Shown: piece by piece, positions 1-8,092 of the stretch
Position numbering within the stretch: the stretch's first letter is position 1
How the letters are laid out: each line of letters opens with the position of its first letter
Assembly: GCA_028719205.1 (NCBI GenBank)
Contig: JAQUKH010000009.1
Span: forward strand, 1-64,000
DNA length: 64,000 nt
Reading direction: 5' to 3'
Source: a bacterium
Lineage (GTDB): Bacteria > JACRDZ01 > JAQUKH01
The notes under the pieces: model-generated
Told to the model about the DNA's origin: nothing
Databases searched by the model: none
Seen by the model: only the letters and a program-made list of their open reading frames with translations
Program-made: the position numbers and the translations under genes

Positions 1-1
1 T

Positions 2-82
2 GAAGATTTTATGTTTCAACTTTCAAAGGAAGAATCTCAATTCCTCGTATCGCAAAATCTGATACCATCGATGAAAAGTTAA
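2..82 (+). pseudogene. 3' part of an ORF6N-domain (phage antirepressor-like) gene, apparently truncated; 5' end lies outside the window
   Basis: Reads EDFMFQLSKEESQFLVSQNLIPSMKS*. This matches the ORF6N 'PxDFMFQLxxEE...SQ' motif but stops before the usual 'PYAFTEQGVAMLS' segment. Confidence 0.6.
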
Positions 83-112
83 GGATTTACAAGGATTAAA
101 AAGGAGGTAAAT

Positions 113-259
113 ATGCCAGTAATGGGAATGATGGGATTAATATTTATTGTTTTGGCTATACTATATGCCGGATTTTTATTCTTTTTTCCATTGCTAATTA
201 ATTCCAAGTTAAAAATAATTATTGAAGAATTAAGAGATATAAAAAGCAAAATAAAATGA
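113..259 (+). CDS. 48-aa single-pass membrane microprotein
   Basis: Strong RBS AAGGAGGT at 101-108. MPVMGMMGLIFIVLAILYAGFLFFFPLLINSKLKIIIEELRDIKSKIK has one hydrophobic segment and a charged tail. Not in the ORF track. Confidence 0.6.
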   Translation: MPVMGMMGLIFIVLAILYAGFLFFFPLLINSKLKIIIEELRDIKSKIK

Positions 260-583
260 ATAAAAAAAACACATAGCCTTGGCGAAGTGTGGCTGCCCCT
301 GATGGATGAATTATACAATTGGTGTTGCTCGGAAGATACAAGAATCCTATCTGTATATTCTCAAGAATTATCAGTATTTTAACCATTCATATATTTTGTA
401 ATTTAAAATTGACCTACTTTGGCATATTATCCTGTTTGTTTAATAAGCAGAAAAGGACTGTTGCTTTATTAGACAGGTACTCACCATTGCGAAATCATAA
501 AAACAGATGTGGAAAGTTACAGATTAAAATCAAGAAAAGGAAAAGAAAACATAGAAACGTAAGTTTAAAAGTGATATAATTTT

Positions 584-611
584 TGGGTTCAATATTAGAC
601 TACAAAACACA
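584..611. repeat. Direct repeat copy 1 bracketing the cassette-like array
   Basis: tgggttcaatattagactacaaaacaca vs tgggtcaattttagactataaaacaca at 4631-4657 (1 gap, 2 mismatches). Confidence 0.7.
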
Positions 612-648
612 AATTGAATAAATTAAAACAATAAAATTTAATTAAGAT

Positions 649-725
649 TTCGAACAAATAGGTGAAATAAACTACCCTAGTAAAGGATAAATCCTAACGG
701 AAGTTCACTTATCTTACCGTTGAGT
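649..725 (+). mobile_element. attC-like integron cassette recombination site (degenerate)
   Basis: TTCGAAC ... imperfect stem (ataggtgaa/ttcacttat, aactacc/ggaagtt, aggat/atcct) ... GTTGAGT, which fits GTTRRRY. Followed by the RBS and ATG of the next gene. Confidence 0.5.
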
Positions 726-758
726 AATATAAACAATATTACAAAAGGAGATGTCTAA

Positions 759-2435
759 ATGGCACAGACATACTTGATTCTTTTAGCAATATTTTGTGTT
801 GGAGTCGTATTTCTTTATTTAAAGCTATTACAGCAATCTAAAACAACAGAAAAATTACGGAAAGAAATTCATAATAAAGCGGATGAGTACAATAATTCTT
901 TAAAGATACTAAATGACAATGTCATAAAAATGGAGAGAGAGAATCTCCGATTATCAAAATGGCAAGTGGTTGAAGATGCTCAAGGTAAAGCTGACGAAAT
1001 TTTAAAAAATGCTCAAAATACACTTGAAATTACTAATCGTGAGGTAACAGACCTTCGTGTTAATTCACAAACACAAGCAACATCCATTCTTAATAATGCA
1101 AAAGAAGAAGCTAAATCAATTATAGTGGAAGCCAAGAAAGAAGCTAATATCCGTACAGATGAATCAAAAACTTCTTTAGATTTAGCGACAATTGAAGCAG
1201 GGAAAATAATAAATACCGCTAAAAAACAAGCCGAAGAAATTGCAGGGTCTGCATACGAGGCAATGAACAATGCAAAATTATACGAAGAAACATCCAAGGC
1301 GATGAAGAACATCATTGAAGGTTATGGCGATGAGTACATTATCCCTGGGCGCAGTCTTCTCGATGACCTATCGGAAGAATTTGGGCATACAGAGGCTGGA
1401 AATGAATTAAAGAAAGTTAGAGAACGATCAAAATTAATGGTCAAAAACAAAACAGCAGCCACTTGTGAATATGTTGAAATTAATAGACGAGATACTGCTA
1501 TTAATTTCGTGATTGACGCATTTAATGGGAAAGTCGATTCAATTCTTTCGAGGGTTAAAAATGATAATGTAGGAAAACTTGAACGAGAAATTAAGGATGC
1601 CTATACAGTTGTGAATTATAATGGAAAAGCTTTTAGAGAGGCTAAGATTAATGAAGAATATCTTGCTTCGCGACTCGAAGAATTGAAATGGGCAGTAATT
1701 GTACGACAGCTAAAATTAGATGAAAAAGAAGAGCAAAGAAGAATTCGTGAGCAAATTCGAGAAGAAGAAAAAGCACGAAAGGAATTTGAGCGTGCTATAA
1801 AAGAGGCAGAGAAAGAAGAAGATATACTTCGCAAAGCTATGGAAAAAATCCAGTCACAGCTAGGTCAAGCTAATGAAGAGCAGAAATTAAAGTATGAAAA
1901 GCAAGTTATAGAGCTGACCGAAAGGCTTAGAGTAGCAGAGGAAAAGAGTCAGCGTGCACTGTCTATGGCTCAGCAAACTAAACGTGGATATGTATACATA
2001 ATTTCTAATATTGGCTCTTTCGGAAATAATATATTTAAAATAGGAGTCACAAGAAGATTAGAACCTATTGATCGGGTTAGAGAATTAGGTGATTCGTCTG
2101 TACCTTTCGAGTTTGATGTGCATGCAATGATATTTAGCGAGGATGCTCCTGCGTTAGAAAATCAACTTCACAAGCACTTTGCTACTATGCAAATGAATAA
2201 GGTCAACTATCGAAAGGAATTCTTTAAGGTAGATATATCACATATTCGTGAGGAAGTAGAAAAACTTGGGCTAACTGTTAAATGGACAATGAAAGCAATC
2301 GCCAATGAATATCATGAAAGCATAGCCGTTGAAAAAGCTATTACTCAAGATTCATCGAAACGAGAAGCATGGTTAAATCGTCAACTTGAACTTGATCCAA
2401 CGGCTATGAAGATTGAAGTCGAAGATATTGAATAA
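759..2435 (+). CDS. DUF4041 domain protein with N-terminal TM, coiled coil and C-terminal T5orf172/MUG113 (GIY-YIG-like) domain
   Basis: Motifs 'GYVYIISNIGSFG...KIGVTRRLEPIDRVRELGDSSVPFEFDVHA...LENQLH...RKEFF' and 'EEQRRIREQIREEEKA'. RBS AAGGAG. Confidence 0.85.
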   Translation: MAQTYLILLAIFCVGVVFLYLKLLQQSKTTEKLRKEIHNKADEYNNSLKILNDNVIKMERENLRLSKWQVVEDAQGKADEILKNAQNTLEITNREVTDLRVNSQTQATSILNNAKEEAKSIIVEAKKEANIRTDESKTSLDLATIEAGKIINTAKKQAEEIAGSAYEAMNNAKLYEETSKAMKNIIEGYGDEYIIPGRSLLDDLSEEFGHTEAGNELKKVRERSKLMVKNKTAATCEYVEINRRDTAINFVIDAFNGKVDSILSRVKNDNVGKLEREIKDAYTVVNYNGKAFREAKINEEYLASRLEELKWAVIVRQLKLDEKEEQRRIREQIREEEKARKEFERAIKEAEKEEDILRKAMEKIQSQLGQANEEQKLKYEKQVIELTERLRVAEEKSQRALSMAQQTKRGYVYIISNIGSFGNNIFKIGVTRRLEPIDRVRELGDSSVPFEFDVHAMIFSEDAPALENQLHKHFATMQMNKVNYRKEFFKVDISHIREEVEKLGLTVKWTMKAIANEYHESIAVEKAITQDSSKREAWLNRQLELDPTAMKIEVEDIE

Positions 2436-2441
2436 AAATTA

Positions 2442-2525
2442 TATTAAAAAAGGCGCTGCATAGGATTCTTAATAGCGGCGAAAATCACGTTGCCATTAAG
2501 AACCGTTGCGTTTTTAGCGTTAATT
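2442..2525 (+). mobile_element. attC-like site (degenerate)
   Basis: TATTAAA-AAAGGCGCTGCA ... stem ttcttaatagcggcg/cgttgccattaagaa ... GCGTTAATT. Lies between the upstream stop and an ATG 9 nt downstream. Confidence 0.55.
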
Positions 2526-2533
2526 GCATAAAA

Positions 2534-3736
2534 ATGGAATTCAATAAAGAATATATAAATTCATTGCTTTTTGAAGAAGAAAGTGTTGTTTTAGATTTTA
2601 AAGCCGAACAATATAAATTTATTAATGCCTCAGACGAAGAAAAATCAGAGTTATTGAAAGATATATTATCTTTCACCAATGCTTGGCGTCGTAGTGATGC
2701 ATTTATACTTATAGGTATTAAGGAAATTAAAGGGGGAAGAAGCCAACTTATAGGAATATCTAAACATTTGGATGATGCAAATTTACAACAATTTGTGAAT
2801 ACAAAGACTCAAAAACCAATTACTTTCTCATATAGAAACATTGAAATTGATAATAAAATAATAGGAGTTATCCACATTCCAATTCAACAGAGACCAGTAT
2901 ATTTGAAAAAAGAATTTGGGAATTTATTAAAAGAGATTGTATATATTCGTAGAGGAACTTCAACTGATACTGTAAAACCTGATGAAATATCAATAATGGG
3001 GTCAAATTCAGAGTTGAATCATCTTGATGCACCAGAAATCGAAATACATTTAACTGATAGAATAAATAGAAAGTTACTTGCTGATACAATAACTCTTAAA
3101 TCCCTTGTACTAAAAACTCCTTTAAGTATTGACATTCCAGATTATAAGGAAGATAGAACAAATATACGGCCAAACTATTTTTTATTACACACTAACTATA
3201 ATTACTATCGAGAACTATCTGAGTATACGAAAATATATAACACTGTAAGTACTGTACAATTTGCCATAAAAAATAATGGAACAGTTGTTGCTAAAGAGGT
3301 AAAACTTGAAATCAAAATTGAAGATCCTGAAAATAAATTAGTTTTACTTGATTCACATAATTTCCCCAAAAGGCCAAAAAGCTCATATGATCCTCTTAGT
3401 GCAATTTATAATAAACCACGCAAGCATGACATATCTGTCAAAAAAATAAGTAACTATTGGCTTATTGAAGGAACTATTAATAAAGTTCAACCTAAAGGGA
3501 ATGAATGGTTCCAGAGCAATTTATTTATTGGTGCAATTGAATCTCTCTCATTACAATTATCATGTAATTTATTTGCAGATAATTTGCCAAATCCAATAAT
3601 AAAAACATTAAATATCCAAATCTCTGCTGAACATAGAACTGTCGATCTTGAAGAAATATTAGAGCTTGAGAACGAACGCTTCCTTTCCTCAGATGAAGGT
3701 AAAGAGTTTCTGAAAAGGATGAAGTTGTTAGAATAA
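2534..3736 (+). CDS. Schlafen/AlbA_2-domain protein with C-terminal beta-rich (Ig-like) domain; candidate anti-phage RNase
   Basis: N-terminal 'EESVVLDFK...ELLKDILSFTN...ILIGIKE...YIRRGTST' is the AlbA_2 pattern. The C-terminal 'FAIKNNGTVVAKEVKLEI' is an Ig/CARDB-like strand motif. Confidence 0.8.
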   Translation: MEFNKEYINSLLFEEESVVLDFKAEQYKFINASDEEKSELLKDILSFTNAWRRSDAFILIGIKEIKGGRSQLIGISKHLDDANLQQFVNTKTQKPITFSYRNIEIDNKIIGVIHIPIQQRPVYLKKEFGNLLKEIVYIRRGTSTDTVKPDEISIMGSNSELNHLDAPEIEIHLTDRINRKLLADTITLKSLVLKTPLSIDIPDYKEDRTNIRPNYFLLHTNYNYYRELSEYTKIYNTVSTVQFAIKNNGTVVAKEVKLEIKIEDPENKLVLLDSHNFPKRPKSSYDPLSAIYNKPRKHDISVKKISNYWLIEGTINKVQPKGNEWFQSNLFIGAIESLSLQLSCNLFADNLPNPIIKTLNIQISAEHRTVDLEEILELENERFLSSDEGKEFLKRMKLLE

Positions 3737-3827
3737 TTATAGTTGAGGATGAGCTGACTTTTGGTTATAGGAATAGAACTTGATGCAAAAAGTGCATAAA
3801 TAAAAAAAGATATAAAATAAATAAAGA

Positions 3828-3887
3828 TTTTGGCAAGATTAATCCAGAGGACGGTTAGTAGTCCACCTCTGATTTTTATCGTTATCG
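3828..3887 (+). mobile_element. attC-like site
   Basis: caagattAATCcAGAGGacgg...ccaCCTCTGATTtttatcGTTAT. The stem has a single unpaired base, as in attC L boxes. GTT lies 13 nt before the next ATG. Confidence 0.6.
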
Positions 3888-3893
3888 AAAAAA

Positions 3894-4628
3894 ATGATAT
3901 ACAAAACCGAACAAATGATTAACAAATCAGAAATCGAACAATTTCGAACAATTCCCGAGTTTAATCAGTGGATAGAGTCGAAATTAGTATTGCTTAAAAA
4001 ATATTATAAAAAAATAAGAAAACAAGAACTTTTGCGAGAAGGTATTTCAAAGCAATTTTGGGAAGAAGTTTACCCTTTATATCGGCTTTTAAAAAAGCAA
4101 ACTCTATTAGGAGGTAATTTTAAAGTTAAAAATATTATCGGAAGCCAGCCATATGATGTGGAAATAAAATATTTAGATTGCAATAAACATATAATTAACA
4201 AATTAGAATTCACTGAAGCCAAAGATGGACGAGATTCATCTCTAAGAATGGAAAAGTTTGTGGAAACTGGTTCCGTTTCTTTAACTGGCGAAATTAAATT
4301 TAGCGGGACTAAAAAATTAGGACGTAAAATATATATATCAGATGATTGCGCAGACAAGAAAGATTCACTTGACCGTAAATTGAGCCTCATTAGGGCATGC
4401 ATATCAAATAAGAAAGGGAAAAAATATTCTTCCGACACAGCTCTAGCTATTGTTATAGATGACTATTTGCCACCTCGATATGATAATAATAATGATTTAG
4501 ATTATGTTAACAATTTTTTACAAAATGATAGTATTTTTGAAAACACAGGATTTGCAGCTTTGTTTTTTGTGGGTTTGTCTGGAGGGTTGTTTTTTGAAAA
4601 ACATAAGATGACCATTCCTTCCAACTAA
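3894..4628 (+). CDS. Hypothetical protein, possible PD-(D/E)xK-fold nuclease
   Basis: 244 aa, low GC. Spacing 'EE...QPYDVEI...KLEFTEA' resembles a D...ExT catalytic variant. The family call is tentative. Confidence 0.55.
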   Translation: MIYKTEQMINKSEIEQFRTIPEFNQWIESKLVLLKKYYKKIRKQELLREGISKQFWEEVYPLYRLLKKQTLLGGNFKVKNIIGSQPYDVEIKYLDCNKHIINKLEFTEAKDGRDSSLRMEKFVETGSVSLTGEIKFSGTKKLGRKIYISDDCADKKDSLDRKLSLIRACISNKKGKKYSSDTALAIVIDDYLPPRYDNNNDLDYVNNFLQNDSIFENTGFAALFFVGLSGGLFFEKHKMTIPSN

Positions 4629-4630
4629 TA

Positions 4631-4657
4631 TGGGTCAATTTTAGACTATAAAACACA
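4631..4657. repeat. Direct repeat copy 2 bracketing the cassette-like array
   Basis: Near-identical to 584-611; begins 3 nt after the stop of 3894-4628. Confidence 0.7.
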
Positions 4658-4686
4658 TTTGCTCTGTCAATTCGCCAGAGGCGAAT

Positions 4687-4710
4687 TGCTGGGGCGGAAG
4701 GAAATCGAAC
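4687..4710 (-). mobile_element. Degenerate duplicate of the tRNA-Gln 3' end (att-like site)
   Basis: tgctggggcggaaggaaatcgaac vs tggctggggcggaaggattcgaac at 4897-4920, same orientation. Confidence 0.7.
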
Positions 4711-4896
4711 TCGCTACGGCATTTTATGCCTTCGCTCTCCATAGGGGCTCCGCCCCTCTGGCGTTCACTTCGTTCACTGTCACCCCTCGAAGAAAACTTT
4801 CGTTTTCTCCGAGCCTCTTTCCCAGTTCGAATCCTTAGGGTTTACTAACAGTAAAATAAATTCTATTGGTTTTTTAGGTAAGTTTAAAGATGAAAG

Positions 4897-4971
4897 TGGC
4901 TGGGGCGGAAGGATTCGAACCTTCGAGTGCGGGATCCAAATTCCCGAGTCTTGCCGCTTGACGACGCCCCA
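4897..4971 (-). tRNA. tRNA-Gln (anticodon TTG)
   Basis: Reverse complement TGGGGCG...CGGGA-ATTTGGA-TCCCG...GGTTCGAATCC...CGCCCCAGCCA: cloverleaf, T-loop and encoded CCA. Usual position after ispE-spoVG. Confidence 0.95.
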
Positions 4972-4984
4972 GTAATAGGTATGA

Positions 4985-5048
4985 TGTAGGGGCGAACCTG
5001 TGTGTTCGCCCTTTGAATTATTAGGGCACGATGAATCGTGCCCCTACA
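4985..5048. repeat. Inverted pair of GTAG-family REP palindromes
   Basis: tGTAGgggcgaacctgtgtgttcgccc ... gggcacgatgaatcgtgcccCTACa. Confidence 0.85.
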
Positions 5049-5061
5049 ATAAAATTGCAAA

Positions 5062-5095
5062 GGGGCCAATCTAATAACATTTTAAGACTGACCCC
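5062..5095. repeat. GGGG(T/C)CA...TGACCCC-type hairpin repeat
   Basis: ggggccaatct-aataacatttta-agactgacccc is an imperfect inverted repeat. Confidence 0.5.
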
Positions 5096-5135
5096 ATTGT
5101 ATATCGGTCAAATAAAATTATGAATCTACTTTTTG

Positions 5136-5516
5136 TTACGCAGGAATTCCCTCTTCCTTAACTTTTTGTTTATACGCCTCGATTACTTTATCCTGTATAT
5201 AATTTCTCATTTCAGTCGTGATCGGATGAGCTATATCTTTATGTTCTTCTTTACGGTCAATACTTTCCTCGTTAATAGGGTCAAGAGGGCCGCCGCAATG
5301 GCCGCAAAAACGGCTATGGAGGTTATTTTTATGATTGCATTTAGGACAGCCTACGCGCATTCTGCGGCTGGGCATAGCAACAAAAAGTCCATTTTTACCG
5401 TCCAGGATCTTCAGGTCACGGACAACAAAGGCATTATCAAAAGTCACCGTAATGTAGGCTTTAACTTTTTCAGTTTCGTCCTTTCTTAAGAATACTCTTA
5501 CTTCAGTGATTTCCAT
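5136..5516 (-). CDS. spoVG: SpoVG family nucleic-acid-binding protein with inserted zinc ribbon
   Basis: 'MEITEVRV...FDNAFVVRDLKILDGKNGLFVAMPSRR...DIAHPI', plus CPKC...CGHC insert. Confidence 0.92.
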   Translation of the reverse strand: MEITEVRVFLRKDETEKVKAYITVTFDNAFVVRDLKILDGKNGLFVAMPSRRMRVGCPKCNHKNNLHSRFCGHCGGPLDPINEESIDRKEEHKDIAHPITTEMRNYIQDKVIEAYKQKVKEEGIPA

Positions 5517-5565
5517 AGATGTACCCTTCCTTTCGCAAAGTGATCCGCCTGAGGCGGGCCTTTTT

Positions 5566-6420
5566 TCAGTGATGTCTTGTTTTTGCCAGGAAGACCTGTT
5601 CTCCCTTAGCCTTTAGATTGTTATATACTGATTCGGCTTTTTCCTTTTCCTGGGTAATTCCAAACACTGCCGAACCGCTGCCCGACATTAAGGCGTTTAA
5701 CCCAAAACATTCAAGTTCTTTTTTCTTTTCCCCGATCTTTGGGAATTCTCTTATTACACAGGATTCAAACTTGTTATAAAGATTATTCTTTAATGTAATA
5801 AAATCATAGTTTGTATCAGTAAAAAAAGGACAATTGATTCTATCCATATTTTTAGTGTTTGTCAACTCTAATTTTTGATATGCCCATTGCGTTGAAACAG
5901 ATATTTCAGGTTTTATTATCACCAGCCAGAAGGGCGGGGAGTTATGAACAGGGATCAGGATCTCTCCCCTGCCTTTTCCTATGCATGTGCCGCCTATAAG
6001 AAAAAAAGGCACATCGGATCCGGACTTAAAGGCTAATGATAAAATTTTTTCATTCGGGATCTTCGCCTGCCACAGGAGATTTAATCCTTTTAATACGGAA
6101 GCCGCGTTGCTGCTGCCGCCCCCCAGTCCCGCGGAGACAGGGATCTTTTTTATAAGGTTTATACTTACGCCTTTTTTTATTTGGAAGGTTTCTTGAAAAA
6201 GCCTGGCGGCTTTTACAACGAGATTATTATTTCCTTCAGGAACTTTTATCCCCTCAGAATGTAATGTAATCCCTTCCGGTATTTCTTCGAGAACAATTTT
6301 GTCGGCAAGGTCGATTTCCTGGAATAAGCTTAAAATATTATGGTAATTATCAGGGCGTTTGTCCAGAATATCAAGGTAGAGGTTTACTTTGGCGTAACTG
6401 AGAAGGGAAATAGAGTTCAT
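5566..6420 (-). CDS. ispE: 4-diphosphocytidyl-2C-methyl-D-erythritol kinase
   Basis: 'AKVNLYL', 'KKIPVSAGLGGGSSNAA', 'GSDVPFF', 'MSGSGS'. Confidence 0.97.
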   Translation of the reverse strand: MNSISLLSYAKVNLYLDILDKRPDNYHNILSLFQEIDLADKIVLEEIPEGITLHSEGIKVPEGNNNLVVKAARLFQETFQIKKGVSINLIKKIPVSAGLGGGSSNAASVLKGLNLLWQAKIPNEKILSLAFKSGSDVPFFLIGGTCIGKGRGEILIPVHNSPPFWLVIIKPEISVSTQWAYQKLELTNTKNMDRINCPFFTDTNYDFITLKNNLYNKFESCVIREFPKIGEKKKELECFGLNALMSGSGSAVFGITQEKEKAESVYNNLKAKGEQVFLAKTRHH

Positions 6421-8024
6421 TTAGAGTTTTTGTTTTTGAGTATTTCTTTTACTTTATCCAATTTTTCCTGAACCTTCGGGTCCTTTTTAAGAGCTATAGA
6501 TTTTTCCCATATCCTGGCGGCTTCTTCGAATTCTCCTTTTTTAAAAAGGATGTCTGCTAAATGATCAAATACTATCGGGTCCTCTTTGACATATCTTATG
6601 GCTTTCGTGATCTCGTATAAAGCATCATCTAACCTGTCCATTCGAAAATATGCCCATCCAAGGCTATCGATATAATAACCGTTCTCCGGTTCAATTTCCA
6701 GTGCCTTTGATATTAAAGATACCGCTTCTTCCAGTTTTTCTCCGCGGTCGGCATAAATATAGCCAAGATAATTATAAGCGTCCGCTTTTTTAGGATTTAA
6801 CTCGATAGTTTTATAAAAGGCTTTTACTGCCTCATTAAAATTTCCGATCTTATCATTAAGTATTCCAAGATGATAATAAAGCTCGGCATTTTGAGGATTT
6901 ATTTTTATAGCATCGGATATCGCGGTTATAGCATTTTCATTTTGTTCCGCGCGGGTGTAGCTTAGAGCCAGATAAAATAAGATATCCGGGTTGTTGGGAT
7001 GTAATTTATTGGAATTTTCCAGGATCTGAATGGTTTTTGAGTTTTGATTTGTTTTGTCATATAAAAAAGCGAGCTGGATATAAGCCTCTAAAAAATTCGG
7101 GTAGAATTTTAATATTTTCTCAAAATATGAAATAGATTCATCGTATTTTTCATTATTCTTGGCTATTAACGCCAGATAATACAGCGCGTCAATATCATGG
7201 GGATTTTTTTCTAAAACACTTAAGAAATAATTATTCGCCTCTTTTTCCTCTTTTTTCTGCATATAAATTTCACCGAGTATTTTATTGACCATAGTGTTCT
7301 TAGGCGCTATGTTTAATATTTCCTTTAACTCATTGATGGCGGAGTTAAAATCTTCTATTTTGCGATAGGCGTCTACTAACCCGTAATGGGAAAGCAGATA
7401 ATTTGGATTCGCTTCAATCGCTAATTTATATTCTTTAATAGCCTCATTATAATTTTTCAGGTCCATATAAGCATTACCCATATAAAAATGAATAAGTTCA
7501 GTATTGGGATCTAATTTTATTATAGTATTATATTCATCTATGGCTTCCTGGAAAAAATTCTTTCTTGAATAAAATTGTGCCAGAAGCTGGTGTGTCCCTA
7601 TATTTTCCGGTTCAAGTTCAGCGGCTTTTTTGAAATATTTAACTGCCTCATTACTTAAATTTTGGTAATTATATATGGTTCCTAAAAAAACATAAGGCAG
7701 CGCGAAGTTTGGATCCAGAGAAATCGATGTTAATAATTCTTTTATTGCTTCTTCATAAAGGCCCAGTTTAAGATACATATGGCCCAGTGATGTATGGAGA
7801 AAAGCGGAGTCCGGAGAAAGAAGGATCGCGCCTTCAAACTCATTGGCCGCTTCTTTGTATAATCCCTGTTCGTCATACATGGTTCCCATTAAATAATGGG
7901 AGTAAACATCCGGTGATAAATTTTGCGGTGAAGGCGCAGCGGAGCCGGTCTCCAGTCTTCTTTTGGAGCAACCAAAAGATAACAGCAGGCTAAATATAAA
8001 GATAAAACACAAAAATTTTTTCAT
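6417..8024 (-). CDS. TPR-repeat lipoprotein
   Basis: Lipobox SFGC, many TPRs, and the C-terminal 'NYLGY...YIDSLGWAY...DHLAD' typical of TPR proteins upstream of ispE. Confidence 0.9.
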   Translation of the reverse strand: MKKFLCFIFIFSLLLSFGCSKRRLETGSAAPSPQNLSPDVYSHYLMGTMYDEQGLYKEAANEFEGAILLSPDSAFLHTSLGHMYLKLGLYEEAIKELLTSISLDPNFALPYVFLGTIYNYQNLSNEAVKYFKKAAELEPENIGTHQLLAQFYSRKNFFQEAIDEYNTIIKLDPNTELIHFYMGNAYMDLKNYNEAIKEYKLAIEANPNYLLSHYGLVDAYRKIEDFNSAINELKEILNIAPKNTMVNKILGEIYMQKKEEKEANNYFLSVLEKNPHDIDALYYLALIAKNNEKYDESISYFEKILKFYPNFLEAYIQLAFLYDKTNQNSKTIQILENSNKLHPNNPDILFYLALSYTRAEQNENAITAISDAIKINPQNAELYYHLGILNDKIGNFNEAVKAFYKTIELNPKKADAYNYLGYIYADRGEKLEEAVSLISKALEIEPENGYYIDSLGWAYFRMDRLDDALYEITKAIRYVKEDPIVFDHLADILFKKGEFEEAARIWEKSIALKKDPKVQEKLDKVKEILKNKNSK

Positions 8025-8092
8025 AATTTTTTAAATAAATTTTAATTTTATCATATAAAATAAGATAAGTCAAAAATATTTGATTTATTAAA

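Noticed and set aside
319-579. 86-aa ORF from the track
   Set aside because: TTG start, no RBS, no recognisable motif; it overlaps a more suggestive remnant frame.
4687-4840. Second tRNA gene or intron-split tRNA
   Set aside because: Only acceptor/T-arm fragments are present, in opposite orientations; no D arm or anticodon arm can be built.
1-4850. Intact prophage or complete integron
   Set aside because: No integrase, structural or replication genes inside the window; only remnants and cassette-like genes are visible.
5543-5566. Terminator for ispE
   Set aside because: The T-run is on the plus strand while the genes are on the minus strand; the stem matches the dispersed mini-palindrome family.
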